Shown: positions 20,097-30,804, numbered from the stretch's first letter. The stretch: 64,000 bases of DNA from an uncultured cyanobacterium (GCA_963793425.1 CAWCAG010000007.1:352001-416000), one strand, 5' to 3'. Translations and numbers: made by a program. Notes: a model not told the origin generated them from the letters alone.

Positions 20097-21488
20097 ATGG
20101 ATTTAATCGACAGTTTGCGCCAAGTACCAATCTTCAAGACACTTACTAACGAACAGTTGAAGTGTCTTACTCAAGAAGGTCAAGAAATTAAGCTTCAACC
20201 AGGAGACAATATTGCTAAGCAAGGAGATCCTCCTGATGGTTTTTATATCATTTTAGCAGGTAAAACAGAGTGGACAAGAACTGTGGAAGGTCAAGAGGTT
20301 CATGCTGTGACTCTTCAAGCAGGGGAAGTTTTTGCTGAACTTATTCTTTTATTAGATGAACCTTATCCTACCAACGGGAAAGCTGTTACGGAGGTTTGTC
20401 TTTATAAACTAGATCCTGATGCTTTTTGGCAAATGTTAACTCTTTGCCCTTCGGTATTACGGGGTATTCTCAAAATATCTACCGAGCGATCGCAAATTCA
20501 TGAATCAGTAACTCAGCAGCAAGCCAAACTCATTTCCTTGGGTACATTATCTGCTGGTTTGGCCCATGAATTAAATAATCCGGCTGCGGCGATTGCTAGA
20601 GGTGTAAGTTGCTTAGAGGAAGTATTGCGACAGTTACCAACCTTAGCTTTAAAACTCCACGAACAACCTATAGGAAAAGAACAATTAACTTTTTTATCTA
20701 GCTTATATCAACAAACGACTGAAGCAGCAAAAAATGCACCTCAACTTGACCCTTTAGCCAAAAGTGAAGCAGAGGATGCTTTAACAGACTGGTTAGAAGA
20801 ACAAAACGTAGAAAAGAGTTGGCAATTAGCTCCTACATTAGTAAATGCAGGACTAGATACGGGAAAACTAGAAGAAGTTGCTACTAAAGTTAATCCAGAA
20901 TGCTTAGGCAAGATTTTAACTTGGTTGGAAGCAACCTTAAGTGGAATGTTTTTGTTGGAGGAGATTCAACAGAGTACAGAGAAAATATCTGAGTTAATTA
21001 AGGCCATGAAGGATTATTCCTATCGAGATCAAGCGCCTTTACAAAAAATAGATATTCACCAAGGAATTGAAACTACTTTGACTATTCTGAAGCACAAACT
21101 TAAATATGGTATGACCGTTAAACGAGAATATGGTGATTTACCGCCTATTTTCGCTTACGCCCCCCAATTAAATCAGGTGTGGACGAACTTAATTGATAAT
21201 GCTATTGATGCGACAGATGGTCAAGGAACTATTTGGATACGTACTAGCCTCGAAGGGGATCGCGTTTTAGTAGAAATTGCTGATAATGGCGCAGGTATAC
21301 CTTCAGACATTGAAGGGCGGGTTTTTGAACAATTTTTCACCACCAAAGAAGTTGGTAAGGGGACGGGTTTAGGTTTAGATATCGTCCGTCGCATCGTTGA
21401 AGGACAGCATAAAGGGAGCATTCGCGTTATCTCTCAGCCAGGGGATACTCGTTTTTTAGTCTACTTACCCATTGATCTATGCAAATAA
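20097..21488 (+). CDS. Histidine kinase with N-terminal cNMP-binding domain
   Basis: cNMP-like N-terminus; [32 protein letters not shown]. Confidence 0.9.
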   Translation: MDLIDSLRQVPIFKTLTNEQLKCLTQEGQEIKLQPGDNIAKQGDPPDGFYIILAGKTEWTRTVEGQEVHAVTLQAGEVFAELILLLDEPYPTNGKAVTEVCLYKLDPDAFWQMLTLCPSVLRGILKISTERSQIHESVTQQQAKLISLGTLSAGLAHELNNPAAAIARGVSCLEEVLRQLPTLALKLHEQPIGKEQLTFLSSLYQQTTEAAKNAPQLDPLAKSEAEDALTDWLEEQNVEKSWQLAPTLVNAGLDTGKLEEVATKVNPECLGKILTWLEATLSGMFLLEEIQQSTEKISELIKAMKDYSYRDQAPLQKIDIHQGIETTLTILKHKLKYGMTVKREYGDLPPIFAYAPQLNQVWTNLIDNAIDATDGQGTIWIRTSLEGDRVLVEIADNGAGIPSDIEGRVFEQFFTTKEVGKGTGLGLDIVRRIVEGQHKGSIRVISQPGDTRFLVYLPIDLCK

Positions 21489-21503
21489 CCAAATTAATTA
21501 CTA

Positions 21504-22841
21504 ATGAGCAATATCAGTGACTTTAGCTTCAAAAACCATACTATCTTGGTAGTAGATGATAATCCTACTAACCTGGGAGTAGTAGTGGATTTTCTGTATG
21601 AGTATGGTGTAGAAACTCTCACATCTCGTAGTGGTGAAAGTTGTATTGAGAGGGCTGAGTATGCTTGCCCAGATTTAATTTTGTTAGATGTGATGATGCC
21701 CCCAGGAATTGATGGTTTTGAAACTTGTTGTCGTTTAAAGGCAAATCCTCAAACCAAAGCTATTCCAGTAATTTTCATGACGGCCCTTTCTGGTACAGAA
21801 GACAAAGTTAAGGGTTTAGAAGTTGGGGGAGTAGATTACATTATTAAACCGATTCAGCCAGAAGAAGTTTTAGCCAGAATCAAAGTTCATCTGCAATTAA
21901 ATTCTTTGAATCAATCTCTTCAGTCACAAAATCAAACTATTAAACAACAAAACCTCTTGCTTCAAGAAGAAATTAAACAGCGTACAGAAGCAGAAGAAGC
22001 TTTAAACCAAACTTTGCAAAAGCTTCAAGCCGCCCAAAAGCAGCTTATCGCCCAAGAAAAACTAGCTTCTATCGCTACCCTAAGCGCTGGGATTGCCCAT
22101 GAATTGCGTAATCCTCTTAATTTTATTACCAACTACGCTGAAGGTTCAGAGGAATTGGCTCAAGAAGTACTTCTTCAACTACACAAACAGCCAACCCAAC
22201 TAGACCCTCAAGAGTGGCAAGACCTTAGCGAAACCATGCAAGACATTAAAGATAATGCTTCCTCTATTTGCCACCACGGTCAAAGAGCCGCTGACATTAT
22301 TAATAGTATGATGCAACATACTAAGACGGGGAACAATTTGTTTCAACCAACTGACCTCAATCGGCTTTTAGCTGAGGCGGTAGAATTTACTGAACGGGGT
22401 AATCGAGCATCTCAAAAAGGTTTCCGTGTTAAGTTCTCTACTAACTTAGGTCAATCTATTGGTCAAATTGAACTAATTCCTTCAGATATCAGCCGCGCTT
22501 TAATCAACTTACTTGATAATGCTTGTCATGGAACCCTAGCTAAATATCAAGATTGTCGAGATAGAAGCTTTGTCCCCGAAGTATCCGTGCAAACTTCTGA
22601 TCTTCAGGAAACTGTAGAAATTCGTATTCACGATAATGGCATCGGCATACCACCAGAAATAACTGCTAAAATTTTTGAGCCTTTTTTTACAACTAAAGCA
22701 AGCAGGGAGGGAACCGGGTTAGGATTAGCTATGGCCCATGATATTATCGTCAATCAACATAAAGGCAACTTGCAAGTAGAGACAAAAGCAAATATTTACA
22801 CTGAATTTATTGTTACCTTGCCTAAAAATATAAACTATTAA
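21504..22841 (+). CDS. Hybrid receiver-histidine kinase
   Basis: ILVVDD, DLILLDVMMP; IAHELRNP; FFTTK..GTGLGL. Confidence 0.92.
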   Translation: MSNISDFSFKNHTILVVDDNPTNLGVVVDFLYEYGVETLTSRSGESCIERAEYACPDLILLDVMMPPGIDGFETCCRLKANPQTKAIPVIFMTALSGTEDKVKGLEVGGVDYIIKPIQPEEVLARIKVHLQLNSLNQSLQSQNQTIKQQNLLLQEEIKQRTEAEEALNQTLQKLQAAQKQLIAQEKLASIATLSAGIAHELRNPLNFITNYAEGSEELAQEVLLQLHKQPTQLDPQEWQDLSETMQDIKDNASSICHHGQRAADIINSMMQHTKTGNNLFQPTDLNRLLAEAVEFTERGNRASQKGFRVKFSTNLGQSIGQIELIPSDISRALINLLDNACHGTLAKYQDCRDRSFVPEVSVQTSDLQETVEIRIHDNGIGIPPEITAKIFEPFFTTKASREGTGLGLAMAHDIIVNQHKGNLQVETKANIYTEFIVTLPKNINY

Positions 22842-23031
22842 GTCTTAATTGTCAGGTTGACAAAAATGTATGTTTATGTTTTAGCTAAGGATAAGTGAAG
22901 GGAAGAGCAAATTAATTTGCTCTTTCAGTAGTTACTCAATAGTAAAAATTTCTGATTTAATCGGAAATCAGTCAAACTCCAGTGTAGATACCCATGCTTG
23001 GAGTAACAAGCACCGCTCACCGAGGAGTAAT

Positions 23032-23643
23032 ATGAAAGACCAACAGACAGATTACCAACTTCAAGAAGAAACCCTCAGTGGTCTGGAAAACTTGGAAAAG
23101 CAACTGCTAGATTATTTTCTAGAGCAGGAAAACCCTTATCCTTGGAATCCAGGAGAAGTTGAGACTGAAGCTTATTTTGAAGCAACCGAAGAGAATTTTT
23201 CTCTTGCAGGTTGGTCAACTACTGAGATTGAGGGACGGACAGAAACTCTCTTTCGTAGTCTCAATAGTTGCTGGCCTGCCCAATCGTCTTTTTCTTTTCA
23301 AGAAGTCTTAGATGCTAAATTTGGCAGTGTTGTACCCAGTTCTTGGTTAGAGGCGATCGCCCAAGAAGCGAAAAAAATGGTTGATAGTAATCTTTCTAAA
23401 ATGGAGAGATTAGTTGAGTCCATAAAGCCCCTATTACCGAATTGGACAGAAGAAGACTTACAAGTGTTCGCTCGTCCTCTAGTTTATGCTATGCGTAGCA
23501 GCCAAAAAAACAAAGCTGATACTGTCCTTAGCAAGCTAGAAAAAACTAATTGGGAAGATATTTCCCCAGTGGAAAAGGCCCGGTTAAGTTTAGCGATCGC
23601 CCAATATGCCTTTACTCAAGTTGATGCCCATAAACAAGGCTAG
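23032..23643 (+). CDS. Conserved hypothetical protein, PatU-core-like
   Basis: GAGGAG RBS; YPWNP and later motifs parallel those of 29705..30718. Confidence 0.7.
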   Translation: MKDQQTDYQLQEETLSGLENLEKQLLDYFLEQENPYPWNPGEVETEAYFEATEENFSLAGWSTTEIEGRTETLFRSLNSCWPAQSSFSFQEVLDAKFGSVVPSSWLEAIAQEAKKMVDSNLSKMERLVESIKPLLPNWTEEDLQVFARPLVYAMRSSQKNKADTVLSKLEKTNWEDISPVEKARLSLAIAQYAFTQVDAHKQG

Positions 23644-23685
23644 CTTATCAATGATGCCTAACGGCAACGGCAAGCCGAACATTAA

Positions 23686-25341
23686 TTACCCTCTCGCAAT
23701 TGGCATTCGCCAACCAGTGCCAAAAGCACGGTCAGCAATTTTGATTCCTGGAGGGGCTTGTCGGCGTTTAAATTCGGCGCGGGTAACTAGTTTGATTACT
23801 TTATGCACCACTTGTGCTTCATAGCCAGCAGCAATGATTTCTTGCGAAGATTGATGGTTATTAATAAAACGGTGCAGGATATCATCAAGGATTTCGTAGG
23901 GAGGTAAGGAATCTTGGTCTACTTGATCAGGTTTTAGTTCTGCGCTAGGGGGTTTAGTGATGATGTGGTTAGGAATGACTTCCTGATGGCGGTTTAGCCA
24001 GTGACAAAGGGCGAAAACTTTAGTTTTGGGGACATCTGCTATTACCGCTAAACCACCGTTCATATCACCGTAGAGGGTGCAATAACCGACAGCCATTTCT
24101 GATTTGTTGCCTGTGGAGAGGAGGAGGTAACCAAATTTGTTGGCGATCGCCATTAATAAGTTACCACGAATGCGAGATTGAATATTTTCTTCGGCAACCC
24201 CAAAAGAAGTGCCAGCAAAGAGGTCTGCGAGAATTTCATCGTAGGCAGTCATGGCTTCTTTGATGGGCAACTGTTGACTTTTGATACCTAAGTTAGTTAC
24301 TAAATGTTCCGCATCTTGAATAGAATGGTCGGAACTATAAGGAGAAGGCATCAAAACTCCGAGGACATTCTCTTTGCCTAAAGCTGCTGCTGCGATCGCT
24401 GCAACCACAGCAGAGTCAATGCCACCACTTAAACCCAAGACTGTTTGAGAAAAGCCACATTTATGGGCATAGTCTTTTACTCCCCGCACCAATGCAGCCC
24501 AAATTTCTGCTTCTTCGCATTCTGGCACAGGAGTAATTTTTCCTGGGATTAAGTCTTGCTTTTCTTCATCAAACTCCAATACCAATAAATCACTTTCAAA
24601 AGCAGCGCCCCGACTAACTACTTTGCCGCTGCGGTTAAAAGCCACACTATTACCGTCAAAAAGTAGGTCGTCATTACCTCCAACTTGGTTAGCATAAAGG
24701 ATAGGTTGTTGATATTGCTTTGCACTGTGACTTAACATGGCTTCCCTTAATTTCTGTTTACCAACGGTGTAAGGAGAAGCAGAAAGGTTAACGAGAAAAT
24801 CTACACCGGATTTAGCTAAGTCTTCAATAGGATTAGTTTCATAGTTGCGTTTGCCCCAAAAGTCAGGATCATTCCAAAGGTCTTCGCAAATTGTGACACC
24901 AATTTTAAGCTTGTTAATCGTAAAAATATTTGCTTGTTTTCCGGGTTCAAAATAACGTTCTTCATCAAAAACATCATAGGTAGGTAAAAGACGTTTATGA
25001 AAGATATGTTTGACCTGACCTTCTGTTAACAAAGCTGTGCTATTAAAAAGAGGTTTTTCGCCTTTTATTTCTGCATCCACATTAATAGCAACAGTTCCTA
25101 CCAAAACAGCTATTCCTTGTGGTAAATGCTGGGCCAATGATTTTAAATGAGTTGCCATTTCTACCACAAAGCTGCTGATTAATAGCAAGTCTCTAGGAGG
25201 ATAACCACAAAGGGAAAGTTCCGGAGTTAAAAGTAGTTCAACACCAACTTTGGCAGATTCTTGGGCAGCAGTAAGAATTTTTTGCCTATTACCTGAAAGG
25301 TCACCAATGAGAGGGTTTATTTGGGCGATCGCTATTTTCAT
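23686..25341 (-). CDS. nadE: Glutamine-dependent NAD+ synthetase
   Basis: Nitrilase domain (PEL, LPTYDVFDE, ICEDLW) plus GLSGGIDS, TGNKSE, PPSAEL. Confidence 0.96.
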   Translation of the reverse strand: MKIAIAQINPLIGDLSGNRQKILTAAQESAKVGVELLLTPELSLCGYPPRDLLLISSFVVEMATHLKSLAQHLPQGIAVLVGTVAINVDAEIKGEKPLFNSTALLTEGQVKHIFHKRLLPTYDVFDEERYFEPGKQANIFTINKLKIGVTICEDLWNDPDFWGKRNYETNPIEDLAKSGVDFLVNLSASPYTVGKQKLREAMLSHSAKQYQQPILYANQVGGNDDLLFDGNSVAFNRSGKVVSRGAAFESDLLVLEFDEEKQDLIPGKITPVPECEEAEIWAALVRGVKDYAHKCGFSQTVLGLSGGIDSAVVAAIAAAALGKENVLGVLMPSPYSSDHSIQDAEHLVTNLGIKSQQLPIKEAMTAYDEILADLFAGTSFGVAEENIQSRIRGNLLMAIANKFGYLLLSTGNKSEMAVGYCTLYGDMNGGLAVIADVPKTKVFALCHWLNRHQEVIPNHIITKPPSAELKPDQVDQDSLPPYEILDDILHRFINNHQSSQEIIAAGYEAQVVHKVIKLVTRAEFKRRQAPPGIKIADRAFGTGWRMPIARG

Positions 25342-25423
25342 ATCGTTACTTGAGGAACAATTCTTCTAGTATAATTTTTTTAAACTTATAGTCAGTTATT
25401 ATTTGGTTTCACCATCTTAATCT

Positions 25424-25672
25424 ATGCCAGCTAGAGACTTATATCGCGACACAGTAATAACTGCCCTCGAAAAAGATGGTTGGAAAATTACCGATGATCC
25501 ACTAAGGTTAAAAGTTGGTCGTCGTGCGGTTATGGTTGATTTAGGAGAAAGAAAATTACTAGCTGCTGAACGAGGAGAACAGAAAATAGCTGTTGAGATT
25601 AAAAGTTTCCTTAGTCCCTCTGCTAAAGAGATTTTAAAATGGATTCCTTCAATCAATACGGTGATGTCATAG
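25424..25672 (+). pseudogene. xisH: XisH family protein with an internal deletion
   Basis: MPARD..ALEKDGWKITDDP..KIAVEIKSFL joined directly to the C-terminal EILKWI motif; central part missing. Confidence 0.75.
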
Positions 25673-25809
25673 AACCTATTTTGCAAGAATATGCTAATAT
25701 CCCTTACCGCTATGGAGATGTAAATACCTTCGTTGTTGTCAGCCGCGATTACAACCACTTTTTGCTGATGGATGAAGGTTGGCAAGATGGCTTACGAATG
25801 TATGGTGTA
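25639..25809 (+). pseudogene. xisI: XisI family protein truncated by an IS remnant
   Basis: ILQEYA..DYNHFLLMDEGW...RMYG, then a switch to transposase sequence. Confidence 0.75.
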
Positions 25810-26108
25810 CCAGTAAAGCAGTACAGAAGAAATGGGCTACATGGGAGTCTGAGGGACTCTACATCTTCTTCTTGCCCAAATATTGCTCTGAGATGAATCC
25901 TATTGAAGGTGAGTGGCATCAGCTTAAGGCTCATGAGATTGCAGGGCAAATGTTTGACGACGAGCTAGACTTGGCTTATGCCATCATCGATGGGGTCGAA
26001 GCCAGAGCAAAAGCTGGAGAATATCAGACTGAGCGCTACAAATTTCCTTCCCATCTACACCCTTCATCTTGTGTTACATAGTTTCGTTTTTCATACCAAA
26101 CCTACTTA
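25809..26108 (+). mobile_element. IS630-family transposase 3' fragment with right end
   Basis: FFLPKYCSEMNPIEGEWHQLK matches the IS630 LPxYSPxxNPIE..W motif; element ends ACCTACTTA (TA). Confidence 0.75.
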
Positions 26109-26383
26109 GCAATCAAATAAATTTCGTGTCGCGAGATTGTGCAGGCGTTCCTTTTAAGGAGCGCTGTGCCAATGCTAACAGCAAGTAAACTGTTAGTAAG
26201 TAACCGGATGCAACAATTAGAATCATCACTTAATATATCTCCATAACTCATAAGGGGGGCATTTCAACTAAGACAAAATAAGGTAATTATTTACCGGAGA
26301 TCAGCTCAAATTTAGGTACAACAGCTCTGTCCTGAAAGTATTACTGCTTGCAGGTAACTAAAAAGGTATATAATCTTTGAGCT

Positions 26384-26424
26384 TTAATATCTGCTACTGC
26401 TATTACTGAGCTAGCAGATATTAA
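26384..26424. other. 13-bp inverted repeat in a long intergenic region
   Basis: TTAATATCTGCTA...TAGCAGATATTAA. Confidence 0.5.
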
Positions 26425-26965
26425 GAGTTTTGATATTAATTAATCTAGAACTGACTAAGAAACAATATTTGATTTGTTGCAGTTGCCAATTAAGCTTAAG
26501 GTGTAGAAAAACAACAGCTACTCACTAACAAGAGGATTCGCAGCAACCTACTCCTTTAGCACAACCAATATCATTCTTAGTTTATCTATGAAGTATTTTC
26601 ATCATGAGTTTATAGATGCACTTTGGTTAGGTCTTACAATCTGAGAAAAACCATTCTAGGAATTCTTAGAGGTGGGAAACATAACTTCAAGTTGATTTAG
26701 ATTTCTTCTGCCAGGTAAAAATACTGACCGTTTTCTTGCTAAATCCTTAATCTACAAACCAACAAAACCCTTACTATTAGACTAACACAACATTGCTTAC
26801 TATTAAAGGGTTTTTGCCAATTAAATTAATAGATCCATACAATTACTTATGAGATGTTCAGTCCTCTATTTCTAGATCAAGGCTTCCATCTCAGGAAACC
26901 ATGGCTTAGAATAAATTAAAGGATATGTAAACTTTCGTAAATACTGCGCCCAATTTGGCTAACCC

Positions 26966-27937
26966 ATGACCTCAGTTACCTCTCTTTTTGCCCCTGTTGA
27001 TGCAGACCTGTGTATCCTGACAGAGAACCTTAAAAAACTAGTGGGTGCAAGACACCCCATTCTTTACGCCGCAGCAGAACATTTATTTGGGGCGGGAGGA
27101 AAACGAGTCAGACCAGCAATTGTTTTGTTGGTATCGCGAGCTACCCTATTAGAGCGCGAACTCACCCAACGTCACCGACGATTGGCTGAAATCACCGAAA
27201 TGATCCACACAGCCAGTCTAGTCCACGACGATGTAGTAGACAGAGCAGATATTCGTCGCAGTGTTCCTACGGTTAACAGTGTATTTGATAACCGCATTGC
27301 GGTTTTGGCTGGAGATTTCTTATTTGCCCAATCTTCATGGTACTTAGCTAACTTAGATAACCTAGCCGTAGTCAAACTACTCTCAGAAGTAATTAAAAAC
27401 TTTGCTGAAGGGGAAATTCAACAAGGTTTGAGTCGCTTTGATATCAGCTTATCCTTAGAAGCTTATTTGGAAAAAAGCTATTACAAAACTGCTTCTTTAA
27501 TTGCTAACAGCGCTAAAGCTGCTGGACTTTTAAGCGGGGTATCTGAAGAAATGGCTGGCAATATATATAACTACGGAAGGCATTTTGGTTTAGCCTTCCA
27601 AATAGTTGATGATATCTTAGACTTTACGGCCTCAACTGAAGTGCTAGGTAAACCAGCCGGTTCTGATTTAATTAGTGGCAATATCACCGCTCCAGTATTG
27701 TATGCTCTAGAAGAGAAGCCTCACTTAGAAGTTCTCATTGAGCGAGAATTTGGTCAGGAAGGAGATTTAGAGCAGGCTCTTTCTCTAGTTAATGAAAGTC
27801 AGGGTATTGAACGCTCTCGCGACCTAGCTGTTCAGCACGCACATTCAGCAGTGCAGTCTATATCTACCCTTAAGCCTTCAGCATCCCGTGATACTCTAAT
27901 CGAATTAACGGATTATGTCACTAGTAGGATGTATTAA
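26966..27937 (+). CDS. sds: Solanesyl diphosphate synthase
   Basis: GGKRVRP, ASLVHDDVVD, FQIVDDILD. Confidence 0.92.
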   Translation: MTSVTSLFAPVDADLCILTENLKKLVGARHPILYAAAEHLFGAGGKRVRPAIVLLVSRATLLERELTQRHRRLAEITEMIHTASLVHDDVVDRADIRRSVPTVNSVFDNRIAVLAGDFLFAQSSWYLANLDNLAVVKLLSEVIKNFAEGEIQQGLSRFDISLSLEAYLEKSYYKTASLIANSAKAAGLLSGVSEEMAGNIYNYGRHFGLAFQIVDDILDFTASTEVLGKPAGSDLISGNITAPVLYALEEKPHLEVLIEREFGQEGDLEQALSLVNESQGIERSRDLAVQHAHSAVQSISTLKPSASRDTLIELTDYVTSRMY

Positions 27938-27966
27938 GGGCGAAAATCAACTATTGATTTTCCCTG

Positions 27967-28443
27967 TTAGGCAATATCCGGTGGTAAATTATCAGGTTTT
28001 ACCCTGAATGCCTTCAACTGTACCTGTATTAGTTTTTGTAAGTCTAGACGGCGAACCTCAGTTCCAGTAGATAAATTACTTGGTGTTTCTACAAAAACCG
28101 TACTATCTACCTTTTCAAGAGCAAACATTTGGAACAAAATGTGAGTAACCGGTACTGGGGAAGCTATAACTTGAGGATCGCCAGTTCCTTGAAAACTAGC
28201 AGCATCTTTCAGGGTGGGAAAAGCATAAATAACGTTTTTTTCCAAAGATTGTTGAGCGCGATTACTCAAAGTAGTTAGCACCCAACCTCCATCTATAGTT
28301 TTGAGAACGTAATATTCTAAATGTTTGAGTTGATTAGCAAAAGCTTTAAGGATGGGAGAAATAGCCACTTCCATAACCTTGGGAGTTACACCATCGGCCG
28401 GGGCATTTTTGACTAAAAGGGCAATTTGTTGCTCTAACTCCAT
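27967..28443 (-). CDS. Conserved cyanobacterial hypothetical protein
   Basis: Clean 158-aa ORF; IYAFPTLKDA, PVTHILFQ, C-terminal PPDIA. Confidence 0.7.
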   Translation of the reverse strand: MELEQQIALLVKNAPADGVTPKVMEVAISPILKAFANQLKHLEYYVLKTIDGGWVLTTLSNRAQQSLEKNVIYAFPTLKDAASFQGTGDPQVIASPVPVTHILFQMFALEKVDSTVFVETPSNLSTGTEVRRLDLQKLIQVQLKAFRVKPDNLPPDIA

Positions 28444-28569
28444 TGTTTTTCTCTTCCATTAGCTTATTGGGGACTAAATTTATTGTGAGCCTAAACTAGG
28501 TTAAAAGGTTAACCTAGTGTGCTAGTGTCGTTGTTGAACATTAATCCTTAGAGGGAAATCTGCCAGCGC

Positions 28570-29712
28570 GTGGAGGTCATTTTTCAACTGCTATTTAGTA
28601 AATTCCGGCAATCGACTAAAGCCTCAGAGCAAAACTGTCGATCTGTTGCCGAACGGATTGCCAATGAAGTAGCAAGGATTTGTCAGCAAAGTTCTCGTAT
28701 TCAAGCTTCTGGCGAAATAGAACACTGGGCCGAAAAATTAGCTAACCATCGCTTAGAGCAGTGCCTAAATTATTATTCTCTAGGTTCTAATCGAGGGCGA
28801 ATTGAACTACAGAGTACCTTGAGTGCCATAGTCTACCGCTACATCTCTCCTCCAGGTGCGATCGCCAGCTATCAAGCTAGATTGACTTTAATTGAAGACT
28901 TTTTGCAAGGTTTTTATGCAGAAGCCTTAAATGCTTTTCGGCGAGAGGCAGAACTTCAACCCGAATACTCTCCTCGTACTCTTTTAGAGCTTGGGGAATA
29001 TATGGCCTTTTGTGAACGCTATGGCAAAAGACGGATTCCTTTACCAGGGAAACGCTCTCAACAGTTAATTATTCTCCGGGCCCAAACTTTTTCTCAACAA
29101 CAACCTAGCGACGCATCAGTAGATATTGATGCTGCCGGAGATGGAGGTAGCTTAGACTCCAATCGAGGTTGGAATGATCCCACGGTTCAGCAACTAAGGG
29201 AAGTCATGGTAGAGCAAGAATCTACTCCTTTAGAAGCAAATTTGCGGGAAACAATTATTGAGGAGTTAATCGCTTACCTAGAAGAAAGGCAACAAAACGA
29301 GTGTATCAACTACTTTGTTCTGCGCCTGCAAGACCTTAGTGCTAATGAAATTGAGCAAATTTTAGAGCTAACCCCCAGAAAAAGGGATTACTTACAACAA
29401 CGCTTTAAGTATCATCTAATTCGTTTTGCTCTTTCTCACCGCTGGGAATTGGTGCATCAATGGTTAGAAGCGGATTTAGAACGTAATTTGGGCTTGACTC
29501 CCCAGAAGTGGGAAACCCTCAAAGAGAAGCTAAGCCCTACTCAAGCTGAACTATTGCGACTTAAACAATTAGAAACCCCTACAGCAGAAATTGCTAAGGA
29601 ACTATCCTTAACAGTAAATCAAGCTGAGAAACAGTGGTTCAAGCTACTCGAACTCGCTTGGGATATTCGTAATCGTTCAGTATCCGGATCGGGCGCATCT
29701 CCAGATGAATAG
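28570..29712 (+). CDS. HetZ-related protein
   Basis: ELQSTLSAIVYRYI, IEDFLQGFY, RDYLQQRFKYH, C-terminal HTH-like region; overlaps the patU-like gene. Confidence 0.8.
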   Translation: MEVIFQLLFSKFRQSTKASEQNCRSVAERIANEVARICQQSSRIQASGEIEHWAEKLANHRLEQCLNYYSLGSNRGRIELQSTLSAIVYRYISPPGAIASYQARLTLIEDFLQGFYAEALNAFRREAELQPEYSPRTLLELGEYMAFCERYGKRRIPLPGKRSQQLIILRAQTFSQQQPSDASVDIDAAGDGGSLDSNRGWNDPTVQQLREVMVEQESTPLEANLRETIIEELIAYLEERQQNECINYFVLRLQDLSANEIEQILELTPRKRDYLQQRFKYHLIRFALSHRWELVHQWLEADLERNLGLTPQKWETLKEKLSPTQAELLRLKQLETPTAEIAKELSLTVNQAEKQWFKLLELAWDIRNRSVSGSGASPDE

Positions 29713-30718
29713 TGACATGAATGAAAACTCAGATTTTCTGTATAACCAAATACTAAGCTGGTTAGCTGAAGAATCTAATTCAGACCAATCGCCACCCCAA
29801 GATGGCGAACCAAATCAAATTGATTCTGCCGAAGAATCAATTGTAGATGGGGAAATTGAGCAGTTAAATGACCTGGATAGAGAACAGGATGAAAAACCGA
29901 CTCAATCCCCTCAAAAACTCGACATGGGAGATATAACACAAGTGAAAAACCGTTTTCAGTCGCTTTTAAAGCGCAAACTACTAGCCGAGATTGAGAGTCA
30001 CCCGCCTTTGTTTCCTTGGGAAACAGAAAATTCTAGCTATGAACCCGAAATTACTGACTCGTTGATTAACAACTTAGTTCCTTTCCAAAGATTGTGGATG
30101 CCCCAGCTAAGTAACTTAGGGTTACCGAAAAAGATCCTTGTTCAGTTATTGGATGCTTGTTCGGCCGCTATGCAATCTCGGCGACCGGAAGGGGCAAAAA
30201 TGGTACAAGCTGTTAGCGGTTTATTTCCTCAGCAGTTTCAGTCTCTTAACCAAATGGCTGGAATTGTTTTAGTCGGCCCGTCCCGTAGTGCAGAATTAGA
30301 TTTACCTTCAAGGGATTATGAGACAGCGACAACTCAGCAACAAATGGCTATGTCTTTAATTGCTGCTAGGGAAATAATTAATAATCTTACTATTAACCTT
30401 TCTCCTCATCAGCCCTCAGTGGAACGTCAGTGGCAAACCACAGTTGGTTTAGTTGCTTTAGATGCTGAGTATCAACCAGCAAAAGAAGACGGCTCTATTT
30501 CCTCTAGGGCCTCTTTGAGGGTTAATGTTAGGCTGCCGAAAGGAGGTAGCGTAACTTTGCAGACCCCCCAAGAATCTGCTAAGGCTGAACGTACTTACCC
30601 TGGACATCTCAGCGTAGAATTGTTCGACTGGCAACCAGGACAAATTTACTCCCTAGAGATTCGTTTATTTGACCCAGACCAAACACCTTTAAACTTTGTT
30701 TTAGCGATTAGTGAATAG
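29705..30718 (+). CDS. patU: PatU(3)-like protein
   Basis: RFQSLLKRKL..EIESHPPLFPWE, GAKMVQAV; translationally coupled to the hetZ-like gene. Confidence 0.75.
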   Translation: MNSDMNENSDFLYNQILSWLAEESNSDQSPPQDGEPNQIDSAEESIVDGEIEQLNDLDREQDEKPTQSPQKLDMGDITQVKNRFQSLLKRKLLAEIESHPPLFPWETENSSYEPEITDSLINNLVPFQRLWMPQLSNLGLPKKILVQLLDACSAAMQSRRPEGAKMVQAVSGLFPQQFQSLNQMAGIVLVGPSRSAELDLPSRDYETATTQQQMAMSLIAAREIINNLTINLSPHQPSVERQWQTTVGLVALDAEYQPAKEDGSISSRASLRVNVRLPKGGSVTLQTPQESAKAERTYPGHLSVELFDWQPGQIYSLEIRLFDPDQTPLNFVLAISE

Positions 30719-30804
30719 TTTTTAGCAGTTACAGGTTAAGAATAGGTAAGGTTGAAAGGTACAAGGAATAATTTGTACCCTGTAACTTAGTAGACCTTTA
30801 AAAG

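Noticed and set aside
26679..26690. 12-mer ACATAACTTCAA repeated at 52244
   Set aside because: Matches of this length are expected by chance in 64 kb of AT-rich DNA
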